NCBI GenBank assembly: GCA_963835065.1
Contig: CAWIEK010000041.1
Coordinates: 96,001-160,000 of the forward strand
Direction of reading: 5' to 3'
Origin: an uncultured Chthonomonadaceae bacterium
Lineage (GTDB): Bacteria; Armatimonadota; Chthonomonadetes; Chthonomonadales; Chthonomonadaceae
DNA: 64,000 bases
Shown here: piece by piece, positions 41,866 to 51,454 of the stretch
Numbering within the stretch: position 1 is the first letter of the stretch
How the letters are laid out: each line of letters begins with the position of its first letter
Made by a program: the position numbers and the translations under genes
Notes under the pieces: generated by a model
Databases searched by the model: none
What the model saw: the letters and a program-made list of their open reading frames with translations, nothing else
What the model was told of the DNA's origin: nothing

Positions 41866-42279
41866 TCAACTATCAAGCAGCGCCTTTGCCACAACAGCCA
41901 GAACTTCTCTATCCGCTTTGCGCGGATGTCGCTGTCCACGTTGCTTTTGCCGAATACGCAGACGTTCAAATCGTCGTAACGCTTCAAGATAGATATTGCG
42001 GTCACGCTCGATGGCTGCAAGCGCGGCGACTACCTGCGCTTCCTTCAAGCGGGAGGGTTCGCCGGGTTCAGTCAGTGGCGCATAGCGCGAACGAATTTGC
42101 TGAAACGTTCTCCCGGTCAGCCACCCAAGCCGCAACATGCACGAAGCCAGCGCCGAAACCCGCACCGACAAAGGCCGCTCCGCATTGCGGACTTTCCGCG
42201 CATAGTTATTAAACGAGCCGGGCACAATCCCTCTTTCCCAACTTCCCTGCTCCTGCGTCGGTTCTATTACATCAGCCAC
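41866..42279 (-). CDS. Hypothetical Arg-rich protein
   Basis: Overlaps the deaminase stop codon; no motif recognised. Confidence 0.5.
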   Translation of the reverse strand: MADVIEPTQEQGSWERGIVPGSFNNYARKVRNAERPLSVRVSALASCMLRLGWLTGRTFQQIRSRYAPLTEPGEPSRLKEAQVVAALAAIERDRNIYLEALRRFERLRIRQKQRGQRHPRKADREVLAVVAKALLDS

Positions 42280-42647
42280 GCATGAGGCAGCAACTCTCGC
42301 AGGGTTGCGGCTGCGCCCTGCGGCAAAATCACTTCACAGTCGAGATTGCGCTTATCCACTTGCAGCATCAATTCGCGGCAACGTCCGCACGGCGGCAGAA
42401 TTTTGTCAGCCGTGACCGCAACAATTTGCCTGATAACGGTTTCACGGTTGAGAAGCATGGCGGCAATCGCGGCGTGTTCGGCGCAAAAGCCGATGCCACA
42501 GGCAAGGTCAAGACAGATACCTGTGTACACGTTCCCCGCCTCGGTGACAAGCGCGGCAGACACCGACCCCGCCGTCAGCCACGTTTCCGACAGAGAAAAT
42601 TCCCCAACACGCCTCCGCGCTTCCTCAATCAACCGCTCATTTTGCAT
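42267..42647 (-). CDS. Cytidine deaminase family protein
   Basis: CAEHAAI...PCGRCRE zinc motif. Confidence 0.9.
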   Translation of the reverse strand: MQNERLIEEARRRVGEFSLSETWLTAGSVSAALVTEAGNVYTGICLDLACGIGFCAEHAAIAAMLLNRETVIRQIVAVTADKILPPCGRCRELMLQVDKRNLDCEVILPQGAAATLRELLPHAWLM

Positions 42648-42656
42648 TTTGTTCCA

Positions 42657-43283
42657 CTATCGGCTTTTTTCGCGGCTGCCAATGATACATAACTCTGTGA
42701 CTTTAGTTGAGTATGAGTACTCGCTATGAATTGCCCTTCCAATAATATTTTGAAGATTCTGTTGCAATGTCTCTCGCTCACGGCACTCCGTCCACTGTGT
42801 CTTGCAGAACAGCCAGTAGTCATAATAAGCCCGGGTATCTAATCCAATCACGTCACGGTCAATGACAGGAAAAACATTCGGCAGTATGAAGTGGCACAAC
42901 TTACTTCCGAAAACCGGACTGGAAGCGCTTTTAATGTCAAAAGCAATTGAGTAAAGTTCATCTAACGTGTCCCAAGTTGCTGTCATCAGGCTCAAGGGCT
43001 GCCCATCGGTAGAATCTACGATCTGGCTGTACGCATCTTGTAGTTTCCCCAAGCGTTCGCCACCGCGCACGTAAATTTCCTCTTTGGTCAAAGGCCGAAG
43101 TGCCTTCCAACCCGAAAGGTAATTCACCATCTGCCGCCACCAAGCATCATTTAGCCCCTTTTGCTTCAAACAACAGAGTTCTTGATAAAATTCGTTGTAA
43201 AAGTCGCGGGGCCAATTGGTTTTCTGTGTACGCCACAAACGTACTCCTGCCAAAAGGTTCGCTTGTGTAAGAAGGTTTTCCAT
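42657..43283 (-). CDS. Lower-GC hypothetical protein, possible HhH/DNA-glycosylase-like fold
   Basis: SKLCHFILPNVFPVID motif; GGAG RBS. Confidence 0.6.
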   Translation of the reverse strand: MENLLTQANLLAGVRLWRTQKTNWPRDFYNEFYQELCCLKQKGLNDAWWRQMVNYLSGWKALRPLTKEEIYVRGGERLGKLQDAYSQIVDSTDGQPLSLMTATWDTLDELYSIAFDIKSASSPVFGSKLCHFILPNVFPVIDRDVIGLDTRAYYDYWLFCKTQWTECRERETLQQNLQNIIGRAIHSEYSYSTKVTELCIIGSREKSR

Positions 43284-43339
43284 CTTAACTCCATTGTTCT
43301 CTACACACTTGGTATAAATGTATAAATAAAATTCGAAAA

Positions 43340-43435
43340 TTAATTTAATAATGCATAGCCGACAATAACCAGATACCTAACTTGATTGGCGTTGAAGATG
43401 CTCAACAGTTCTTTGAAGTCGGAGTTGACGGACAT
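43340..43435 (-). pseudogene. Truncated nucleotidyltransferase N-terminus
   Basis: MSVNSDFKELLSIFNANQVRYLVIVGYALLN*, overlapping the upstream small gene. Confidence 0.65.
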
Positions 43436-43583
43436 CGCGCCCCTTTATGGCATAGGCTTGCTCTACCAATTCCCACGCGGCGGCAAAGCGCTGCGTATCT
43501 GTTTGCGCCTGCCAAAATTGCAAGTCAAACGACCTATCCAAATCTTCTATACGGCCAATTTTTTCGACGAACCCGGTTCGCAT
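43377..43583 (-). CDS. Small protein of the type found upstream of nucleotidyltransferase genes
   Basis: DLQFWQAQ...RFAAAWEL...RLQRTV; GAGGAGG RBS. Confidence 0.7.
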   Translation of the reverse strand: MRTGFVEKIGRIEDLDRSFDLQFWQAQTDTQRFAAAWELVEQAYAIKGRDVRQLRLQRTVEHLQRQSS

Positions 43584-43612
43584 TGCTCCTCCTCACCTAC
43601 ATTGTAGCGTTC

Positions 43613-43876
43613 TCAATAATGGTAGCGGCAGGCCAGCACACGAATTTTATTTTCTTCTTCAAGGACGCAGTAGACAAGCCGATGCTCCTGCGTAATGCGT
43701 CGTGACCAGCAGCCTGTCAATTCGTGCTTCAATGGTTCCGGCTGTCCTGTACCTTCGTAGGGAGTACGCTGTACTTCCTGTATCAACTTGAAGACGCGCA
43801 GAGCAGCCTTGCGGTCATGCTCAACCCACCATTGCAAATCTTCAAACGCATTGGCGTCAAATTCCAAGTTTTTCAT
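43613..43876 (-). CDS. yoeB: Txe/YoeB family toxin
   Basis: G.GQPEPLKHELTGCWSRRITQEHRLVY...CRYHY. Confidence 0.95.
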   Translation of the reverse strand: MKNLEFDANAFEDLQWWVEHDRKAALRVFKLIQEVQRTPYEGTGQPEPLKHELTGCWSRRITQEHRLVYCVLEEENKIRVLACRYHY

Positions 43877-44069
43877 GGGCGTCCTCAAGCGATATACCGT
43901 CTTTACGGTCTTTGGCTGCCAGCAGGCGTTGCTTCATGGTCTCGCTTTTCAGCAGGTACGCCGTTTCGCGCTCGGAAGCCAATTCATGCCAGAGCGCAAT
44001 CGGCACGATGACGCCGATGTTGTTGCCTTCCGCGTCCGATACATACTGAACTTCCGTCATATCCAACAT
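43857..44069 (-). CDS. Antitoxin with YefM-like C-terminus
   Basis: ETAYLLKS..MKQRLLAA; overlaps the toxin start. Confidence 0.85.
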   Translation of the reverse strand: MLDMTEVQYVSDAEGNNIGVIVPIALWHELASERETAYLLKSETMKQRLLAAKDRKDGISLEDAHEKLGI

Positions 44070-44122
44070 GGCAGCCTCCTAACCAAGCAAAATGCGTTTC
44101 CCGTATTTCAATTGAGTATACA

Positions 44123-45295
44123 TCAGGAAATGGAATGGAAACCGGCGGACGCGCCGACCCATTCCAGATTGCGGTTTTGGTCTACGCCCATCATGCTGCC
44201 CCGGCCCATGCGAATGAGGGGGCACACGGCGCGTAATTCGTCTTGCCACACGTACATAATGCGGATTTCGGCTTTGGTCAGACCAAACGGGGTTTCGATG
44301 TGCGGCGCGAACGCGACCTTTTCCTGCAAGATATACTGTGAGCGGTCCGGGATGGCTTCAATCTCTTCGCGTGTCGGGCTGATGCGGACGCCCAGGCCGG
44401 CAAACGAGAACAGGGGCTTGAGGACGTAGTTTTCCAGATCGGGCGGCAGGGAAGGCAGTTGATCCAGAAACCACGTTTTGGGTACGCAGGGATGATGGAG
44501 GTATGGAAGCGAAAACTTACTGATTTTGAAGTACCAGTCGGGATGCCCCGCCCACTCCACGTCCAAATCGGCGTCCCACGCGAAACCGGGCTGCACGTTT
44601 TTGCGCTCCAACTCGTCGGCAATCACGCGGTTGTAAATGCGCCGTATGGGAATCTGCCTGCCGTCGCGCTCATAAAACAGATGGCGACCCTCCTGCCGCA
44701 CTTCGGCCACATCCACGATTGCCAGCCCGCACATTTTTTGCGTGAGCAAAAAGTCGCACAGGGTTTTCTGCGCGTATGGCTCGATTTCCAGCAAGGCAAC
44801 GGTTTCCGGCTCGTGTTCGCCCACAATCGCGGTTCGCAGCAATCGGTTGTAGCCGTCCGCATCCAGCCCGCCCAAAAACGGCTGTAAACCGGCATCCAGC
44901 CCATACGCCTGCCGGTACGCTTCCGCTTGAAACGGCTGATAAGCGTACAGGGACGGAAACCCCTGTATCTCCACAAGGCGCGGCTGCGCGTCTTCAGTCA
45001 GTCCAAAATCTACCTGCATGAACAGGGGCGGCTTGCCATCGTTTCGCGCCCGAAAGTTGACTGGTATAGTTTCCGCCGCCAACTTCAAATACTCGGCGTT
45101 GGAAACCAACTGCCCCACCAATTCTTTCCCCACATCGGCCATCTGTTCCAGCAGCGCAGTAGGAAAGAAACACGGCGTCTCGCAGTTGCGGAAGGGCACT
45201 TCAATGCCGCACCCCGCATCCAGCCGATGCAAAAAGTCCCGGTACTTGTCCGGGGTGAACGCGGCGTTAAAGGCGTGGCGGAGGGAAGGGAGCAT
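44123..45295 (-). CDS. Circularly permuted ATP-grasp-like ligase
   Basis: VDF...RLVEIQ, IYNRVI, YVLKPLFSFAG.GV, YILQEKV, EIR. Confidence 0.7.
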   Translation of the reverse strand: MLPSLRHAFNAAFTPDKYRDFLHRLDAGCGIEVPFRNCETPCFFPTALLEQMADVGKELVGQLVSNAEYLKLAAETIPVNFRARNDGKPPLFMQVDFGLTEDAQPRLVEIQGFPSLYAYQPFQAEAYRQAYGLDAGLQPFLGGLDADGYNRLLRTAIVGEHEPETVALLEIEPYAQKTLCDFLLTQKMCGLAIVDVAEVRQEGRHLFYERDGRQIPIRRIYNRVIADELERKNVQPGFAWDADLDVEWAGHPDWYFKISKFSLPYLHHPCVPKTWFLDQLPSLPPDLENYVLKPLFSFAGLGVRISPTREEIEAIPDRSQYILQEKVAFAPHIETPFGLTKAEIRIMYVWQDELRAVCPLIRMGRGSMMGVDQNRNLEWVGASAGFHSIS

Positions 45296-45399
45296 AGGCA
45301 TTAGGCATTAGGCATTAGGCATTAGGCACACGACGTTAGAATGATGCGCTTGTTCAACAAGGTACATCCTAATGCCTGATGCCTAATGCCTAATGCCTA
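45293..45399. repeat. Inverted TAGGCAT arrays
   Basis: About five units on the left and four on the right; supplies the stop at 45397 and abuts the next start codon. Confidence 0.92.
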
Positions 45400-46413
45400 T
45401 ATCAAGAATTTCCCGGCCCGCATGATCTGATAATCATCGGCCCAGATGTCGAATTTGAGACCTACTACGTCAATGTGCGTGGACGAGTCCCATTGGGCGC
45501 CCGTGTGCAGGCCGTAGGGGTTGCCGAAGGCGATGTGGACGCCGGGCAGTTTTTCGTCCTGCAAAATGTTGCCGATTACGTCGGTCAGGCCGATGTTGGT
45601 TCCGATGGCGAACTCGCCCACGCGGTCACTGTTCTCGTCCACGTGCGTGTAGTTCCAGAACTCCTCGACCAGTTCTTTGTTGACGCTATCAGCGTGGACG
45701 AGGCGGTTGCCTTCCACGCGAATCGTTAATGGCGTTTCGTGCAGGCTGCCGTACTTGGCGCATAGGTAATCGCCCACCACCCCATCAATCACGAACGTGC
45801 CGTTGACTTCGTGGGGCGTGGTGAACACTTCGCCGCCCGGTAAATTTCCCCACTTGTGCGGGCTGATGATGCCGCTTGTTTTCAGCCACTTGTAATCGGG
45901 GTTCAATTGCGCGGTAATGTCGGTTCCTGACGGCGTGGTGGCGCGAATCACTTTGGCCTGCGTCACGATATCGAATACGCGCACGCTCAGGGCGTCCACT
46001 TCCAGAAAGTCCGCCCGCATCCCCTCCACCATGATCTGCGGTTCGATGTTGACCATGTGCGCGTGGCGGATGCTGCGCCGGTTGACCACTTCCGTCATTT
46101 GCATCCGCGTTTTCAGTTCGTTTGTCTGCGCCTGCACCGCGAAAATGCTCACCTGACTGGTTTCCAGATCGTCCAGCACTTCGCGGGGCATGTCTATGAG
46201 CGGGCGCGGAGCCAAATCTTCCAGAATAAAGGGATGGTACGCGACGCCCAATTCATCGAGTTCGCGCACAAGGCTGGCCGCAATGTCCAGACAGGCGCGA
46301 TCCGTAATCACGGTCACTTTTTCGGACGGCTGTATGCGCAGGCACACCTTGACGGCGTTGTTCGCGCCGGGCGCATAGGCCGGGTTGAAGGGATAGGCGC
46401 TTAACACGCTCAT
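45397..46413 (-). CDS. M29 family aminopeptidase
   Basis: NLPGGEVFT, GEFAIGTN, LQDEK..GVHIAFG, THID. Confidence 0.9.
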   Translation of the reverse strand: MSVLSAYPFNPAYAPGANNAVKVCLRIQPSEKVTVITDRACLDIAASLVRELDELGVAYHPFILEDLAPRPLIDMPREVLDDLETSQVSIFAVQAQTNELKTRMQMTEVVNRRSIRHAHMVNIEPQIMVEGMRADFLEVDALSVRVFDIVTQAKVIRATTPSGTDITAQLNPDYKWLKTSGIISPHKWGNLPGGEVFTTPHEVNGTFVIDGVVGDYLCAKYGSLHETPLTIRVEGNRLVHADSVNKELVEEFWNYTHVDENSDRVGEFAIGTNIGLTDVIGNILQDEKLPGVHIAFGNPYGLHTGAQWDSSTHIDVVGLKFDIWADDYQIMRAGKFLI

Positions 46414-47675
46414 GCGGGTACGCTCCCTTCCGCTGTTTGCGCCCCACCCGTTTTTACCGCCGCATGGGTTGGAGCGGGGGAGGTTCCATTCGCCTGCGCC
46501 GGATTCGCTGCCGGGACCACATCGCGCTTGCCGTTGGTTGACGGCAGGAGCGAAGTCGCTTCCACCGGACTGTCGGGAGGCAGGGCCGTTTCCGCAACAA
46601 TATAATCTACCACCTTCTTCAAATCTCCTGTTTCACGGTATACCTTTAATTGTCGGTCGGCGCCACTGCCCACTTGAAGCATCGTCTTGATGTATTCCAA
46701 TTCCTTGCGGGAACCCAATTCGTCTACCACATCGTCCACGAAATCCAGATATTCCAGCATCAACTCCTGAAATGGAACTTCGATTTTCTTGCCGAAGTCA
46801 ATCAGCCGGCCTTCCACGCCATAGCGCAGCGCGCGCCACTTGTTTTCCATCAGCAGGTCGCGGCGATAGTGCCGGTAGTCCTGATTGGCGGCGTGAAGTT
46901 TGACCAATTTAGCCACCGTCGCCTGAATCAACGCGACAATGGCAATGGTTTCATCTATACGCAGGGGAACATCGCAGATGCGAAACTCCAGCGTGGGGAA
47001 AAACGGGTGCGGGCGAATATCCCACCAGATTTTCTTGGCGTTGTCAATGCTGTTGGTCTGCACCAGAATTTCGATAAAGTTCTCGAACTCATCCCAACTC
47101 AGAAAATAGTCGGGAATGTTGGTGCGCGGGAACTTATCGAACACCTTACAGCGATAGGATTTCAGGCCGGTATCCAGTCCGAGCCAGAAGGGGGAGTTGG
47201 TAGACAGAGCGAGAATATGCGGCAAAAAGTAGCGCACCGTGTTCATTACATGGATGGCTTCTTCGCGGTCTTCGATGCCGATATGCACATGCAGGCCGAA
47301 AATCAGGTTTGCCCGCGCCACCTGCGCTAAATCCTCGACAATCACCCGATAGCGCTCGTCGGGATAAATCTCCTGTTCGCGCCAGTCGGCAAACGGGTGC
47401 GTCCCGGAGGCGGCAAGCAGCAGGCCGTTTTCCCGCGCCAGTCCGATGATCTGCTGCCGCATTTCCGTGACCTGCTCTTTGGCTTCCTGCACGTTGGCGC
47501 AAATCCGCGTCCCGATTTCTACGACGGACTGGTGCATTTCGGCCTTGACTTCCTCGCGCAGCCGCATTTGCCCCTTGCCGATGATTTCCGCGTCAATGTG
47601 CGAGCGCAAATCGCGGGTTTGAGGATCAATGGTCTGGTATTCTTCTTCAATCCCAATGTTGAAACTGGGCTTCAT
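46410..47675 (-). CDS. Carboxylate-amine ligase (YbdK/GCS2 family)
   Basis: IGIEEEY, GTHPF, FGLHVHIG, NSPFW, WWDIRP, TLEFRICD, ENKWRA.RYG. Confidence 0.93.
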   Translation of the reverse strand: MKPSFNIGIEEEYQTIDPQTRDLRSHIDAEIIGKGQMRLREEVKAEMHQSVVEIGTRICANVQEAKEQVTEMRQQIIGLARENGLLLAASGTHPFADWREQEIYPDERYRVIVEDLAQVARANLIFGLHVHIGIEDREEAIHVMNTVRYFLPHILALSTNSPFWLGLDTGLKSYRCKVFDKFPRTNIPDYFLSWDEFENFIEILVQTNSIDNAKKIWWDIRPHPFFPTLEFRICDVPLRIDETIAIVALIQATVAKLVKLHAANQDYRHYRRDLLMENKWRALRYGVEGRLIDFGKKIEVPFQELMLEYLDFVDDVVDELGSRKELEYIKTMLQVGSGADRQLKVYRETGDLKKVVDYIVAETALPPDSPVEATSLLPSTNGKRDVVPAANPAQANGTSPAPTHAAVKTGGAQTAEGSVPA

Positions 47676-47821
47676 AATTCCTCCTCAAGCCGGTGGTGCA
47701 GGCATTAGGCATTAGGCATCAGGCAGTGGTGAATTCTTTTGTGCTGAAAATACCGGTATTAGGTGTTCGGTGTTCGGACAATTCGGCATGTTTATGCTCG
47801 AACGCGCGAAGCGCATGAAGT

Positions 47822-48766
47822 CTAATCGGATGTTCTTTCCGCCAGAATGTAACGCGCTTGCGCCACGTCAATTGCCATTTGCGTGGTCAGGGCGGCAAGC
47901 GAGTCGAAACGCAGTTCGTCGCGCAGTTTTTCTATAAAGCGCAGCGACATTCCCTGCCCGTAAATGTCTTCCGAAAAATCAAGCAAAAACGTTTCAATGG
48001 AGCGTCCCGCGCCTTCTACTGTGGGGCGTTCGCCGATGCTGCATGCGCCACCAATTTTGCGCCCATCGTCAAGAGTTGCGACTGCCGCGTAAATGCCGTC
48101 ACCGGGAACCACCTGCCGATAACGCAGTTCCAGATTGGCGGTCGGGTAGCCCAGCGTTCTGCCCAATTTCTGCCCGCTGACGATTGTGCCGACAAGCAGG
48201 TACGGGTGTCCCAAAATAGTTTCCGCAAGCGCGGGGTCGCCGTCGCGCAGGGCTTCGCGGACGCGGGTGCTGCTTGCGGGCGCTCCCGCCGCCATAACGG
48301 GTTCCAGCGCGGTCAAGGTAAAGTCATAGCGCGACTGCGCGGCTTGCAAATACGCCACATTGCCCGCGCGATCCTTGCCGAAACAAAAATTCGCGCCTTC
48401 CACAACAGCCTTTGCGCCCAATAAATCTTTTAAGATGCGCTGTACGAAATCATCCGGCGATAATTGCGCCAGCGCGGTATCGAAATGCGCGATTACCAGC
48501 CCGTCTACGCCAAGTTCGGCAATCTGTTGGTTGCGCTGTTCGGGCGTGGTCAGCAGGGCGGGCGCGCGGCTAGGCGCGAACAATTCCGCCGGATGCCGGT
48601 CAAACGTAAACACCAGCGCGGGGCGGGCGTGTCGCCGCGCATCCTCTACCGCCGCGCGAATAATCGCCTGATGCCCCACATGGACGCCATCGAAGGTTCC
48701 GATAGCCACCGAGGAAGCGGCAAACGGCGTCCTGACCGCTTCCAATCCGTCATAAACATTCATCAT
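47822..48766 (-). CDS. ribF: Bifunctional riboflavin kinase/FAD synthetase
   Basis: GTFDGVHVGH, SSTRVR, GRTLGYPTAN, GERPT. Confidence 0.97.
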   Translation of the reverse strand: MMNVYDGLEAVRTPFAASSVAIGTFDGVHVGHQAIIRAAVEDARRHARPALVFTFDRHPAELFAPSRAPALLTTPEQRNQQIAELGVDGLVIAHFDTALAQLSPDDFVQRILKDLLGAKAVVEGANFCFGKDRAGNVAYLQAAQSRYDFTLTALEPVMAAGAPASSTRVREALRDGDPALAETILGHPYLLVGTIVSGQKLGRTLGYPTANLELRYRQVVPGDGIYAAVATLDDGRKIGGACSIGERPTVEGAGRSIETFLLDFSEDIYGQGMSLRFIEKLRDELRFDSLAALTTQMAIDVAQARYILAERTSD

Positions 48767-48778
48767 TAACCTTTGGAA

Positions 48779-49777
48779 CTATACCCTCGCAAACACTTTA
48801 TAAGGGTGCAATTGTTCCATCTCTAAGCGGGCAATGGCAATGACATCCCCGCTATCATCCAGCAAGGCAATCGGCGCAGTCAGTTCGCGGGGCGGCCAAT
48901 TGCCGCGCTGCGTTTCCGCTACATCCGCAATAGAAACGGTTTGCCCGCGCCGAATACGCGCGGTTTGCTCGTTATTTAATCGCGCCTGCGGCCAATCGGC
49001 AAGCGCAGTGGATAGCGGCAGCACAACCTTATGCAGCGTTCCCGCCTGCGCTCGTTCGCGCAGTTCGTCCAGGGTATGCGCCTTTTCTAAGGTGAAAGGA
49101 CGGTTCGGCTCGTCCAGCCGCTCCCCAACCCATGCGCGGCGCAGGGTTTGCATCATGCCGCCCACGCCCAACACTGCGCCAATGTCGGACGCAAGCGAGC
49201 GTATATAAGTTCCTGTCGAGCAGGTTATTTCCAGTTGCGCGACGGGATGCGTACCGGATTCAAAGGCCATCAGTTCCAGCGCGTCAATGTGAATGGTACG
49301 CGCCGCGCGCTCTACGGTAATGCCCTGCCGCGCCAGATCGTACAGGCGTTGTCCCTCGTGGTGCAGCGCGGAAACCATCGGCGGAACCTGTTGAATTGTA
49401 CCCCGGAACCGGGGCAGAACCGCGCGTACATCCGCTTCCGTGAGGTGTGCGGCATCCTGTTCGGCTAAAACCTGCCCGCTCGCGTCCTGCGAATCCGTTT
49501 CTATGCCAAATACGAATTGCGCGGTGTAGTGTTTGCGGGCGGCGCTAAGATATTCCGCAATCCGCGTGGCGTTTCCCAGACACAACACCATCACGCCCGT
49601 CGCGTCCGGGTCCAGCGTTCCCGTATGCCCCACGCGCTTTGTCCGAAACAATTTGCGGGCAATCCCCACCACATCATGCGAGGTCATCCCCCCCGGCTTG
49701 TCAATGACAACAATGCCATGCACCACCCCCACTGCCGGACGCCCATTTTGCTGATTGTGCTGAGACTTCATTTCCAT
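48779..49777 (-). CDS. truB: tRNA pseudouridine(55) synthase
   Basis: DKPGGMTSHDVV, GHTGTLDPDATG, QVPPMVSA, CSTGTYIRSL. Confidence 0.97.
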   Translation of the reverse strand: MEMKSQHNQQNGRPAVGVVHGIVVIDKPGGMTSHDVVGIARKLFRTKRVGHTGTLDPDATGVMVLCLGNATRIAEYLSAARKHYTAQFVFGIETDSQDASGQVLAEQDAAHLTEADVRAVLPRFRGTIQQVPPMVSALHHEGQRLYDLARQGITVERAARTIHIDALELMAFESGTHPVAQLEITCSTGTYIRSLASDIGAVLGVGGMMQTLRRAWVGERLDEPNRPFTLEKAHTLDELRERAQAGTLHKVVLPLSTALADWPQARLNNEQTARIRRGQTVSIADVAETQRGNWPPRELTAPIALLDDSGDVIAIARLEMEQLHPYKVFARV

Positions 49778-49908
49778 TGCCTGATTGTACCCAATCAAGA
49801 AAAGGCAGAAGCAAGAAAAATTAAAGAAGACGGGCAATCCAAAATCCGTAATCCAACCGTAATCTTTTCATCCTTAATCCTTGCTTCCCTGTGCTATAAT
49901 GAAACACT

Positions 49909-51258
49909 ATGTCACTACGCTCCCTTTTCATTCCTCTTGCTTTGGCCGGCATCGCCGCAACCATTGTGTACAGCGAGCGCGTTGTCGCGCCGCCCGCCAA
50001 AGACGAGAAAATTCACATCAAGTATTGGGAAAAATGGACCGGCATTGAAGGCGACGCCATCGAAGCCACCGTAAATGCCTTCAACGCTTCCCAGGACCGT
50101 ATTCACGTGGATTTGCTGACCATCAGCAGCATCGAGCGCAAAACCCTGCTGGCCACGGCAGGCGGCAATCCGCCCGATGTGGCAGGTTTGTACGGCCCCA
50201 ATGTGGCGCAGTACGCCGACGACAACGCCGTGCTGCCGCTGGACGAGTATTGCCGGCGCAATCATTTGTCGCGCGACCAGTATATCCCCGTGTATTGGGA
50301 CATGGGCACGTATCACGGCCATCAGTACGCGCTGCCCTCCGTGCCCGGTTCTGTCGCTCTGCACTACCGCAAGGATATGTTCCGGGAAGCAGGCTTGAAC
50401 CCGGATACGCCGCCGACCACGTTTGAGGAGATGGATGCGGCCTCGCAAAAGATCACCACGTACACCCCGGACAAGAAAATTGACAGGTCTGGCTTCATGC
50501 CCGCCGAACCCGGCTGGTGGCCCTGGTGCTGGGGCTACTACTTCGGCGGCAGCCTGTGGGACGGCAAAGACAAAATCACCGCCAACAGCCCCGAAAACGT
50601 CCGCGCGTTCGAATGGATACAATCGTACTCCAAAAAGTTCGGCGGCACGAACCTGCAAAGTTTCCGCAGCGGCCTGGGCAACTTTTCCAGCCCGCAAAAC
50701 GGCTTTCTAGACGGCAAAGTGGCGATGGAATTGCAGGGCGTGTGGATGTACAACTTCATCAACAAGTACGCGCCCAAAGTGGAAGGCCCGCCCCGCGAAT
50801 GGGGCGCGGCTCCGTTCCCGCACCCCGCCAACCGTCCCGATCTCGCCGGGGGCACGATAGCCGATGAAGACATTCTCGTGATTCCGCGCGGCGCTCCGCA
50901 CCCGGATGAGGCGTTTGAGTTCATCAAGTTTGTCGAATCGCAAAAAGGCATGGAACTGCTGTGCCTGCTGCAAGGCAAGCAATCCTGCCTGCGCAATGTC
51001 AGCCCGGAATTCTACAAAAAGCATCCCAATCCGTACATCAAGCTGTTCACCGACCTGCCGAAAGGGAAGAACGTCTTCACGCCGCCCAAAATCGGCATCT
51101 GGCCCGAATACAGCAGCGAAATCACCAATGCGTTCGACGAGATTTCGCTGGAAAAGAAGACGCCCAAAGAAGCGCTCGACGCGGTTCAAGCCCGTATGCA
51201 GCCCAAACTGGACGAATACCTGGCGCAGTTGCGAAAACGGCAAAGCGTTGAGCATTAA
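49909..51258 (+). CDS. Sugar ABC transporter substrate-binding protein
   Basis: AGGNPPDV, YRKDMFREAGL, FLDGKVAM..QGVW. Confidence 0.92.
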   Translation: MSLRSLFIPLALAGIAATIVYSERVVAPPAKDEKIHIKYWEKWTGIEGDAIEATVNAFNASQDRIHVDLLTISSIERKTLLATAGGNPPDVAGLYGPNVAQYADDNAVLPLDEYCRRNHLSRDQYIPVYWDMGTYHGHQYALPSVPGSVALHYRKDMFREAGLNPDTPPTTFEEMDAASQKITTYTPDKKIDRSGFMPAEPGWWPWCWGYYFGGSLWDGKDKITANSPENVRAFEWIQSYSKKFGGTNLQSFRSGLGNFSSPQNGFLDGKVAMELQGVWMYNFINKYAPKVEGPPREWGAAPFPHPANRPDLAGGTIADEDILVIPRGAPHPDEAFEFIKFVESQKGMELLCLLQGKQSCLRNVSPEFYKKHPNPYIKLFTDLPKGKNVFTPPKIGIWPEYSSEITNAFDEISLEKKTPKEALDAVQARMQPKLDEYLAQLRKRQSVEH

Positions 51259-51261
51259 AAC

Positions 51262-51379
51262 GTAGGGGCACAACATGTTGTGCCCGCCGTATTGTACCGG
51301 CGCTGTTCAAGGCGTTGATACCAGCGCTGTACAAAGCATTTGCATCCGTAAGAGCGGGCACAACATGTTGTGCCCCTAC
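51262..51379. repeat. GTAG-type REP doublet (REPIN)
   Basis: GTAGGGGCACAACATGTTGTGCCC ... GGGCACAACATGTTGTGCCCCTAC. Confidence 0.88.
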
Positions 51380-51454
51380 CAACCTTGATTTAGCAAGCCA
51401 TCGTTGAATTTTATGACTAATCCAAAATCCAAAATCCAAAATCGAAAATCGAAA

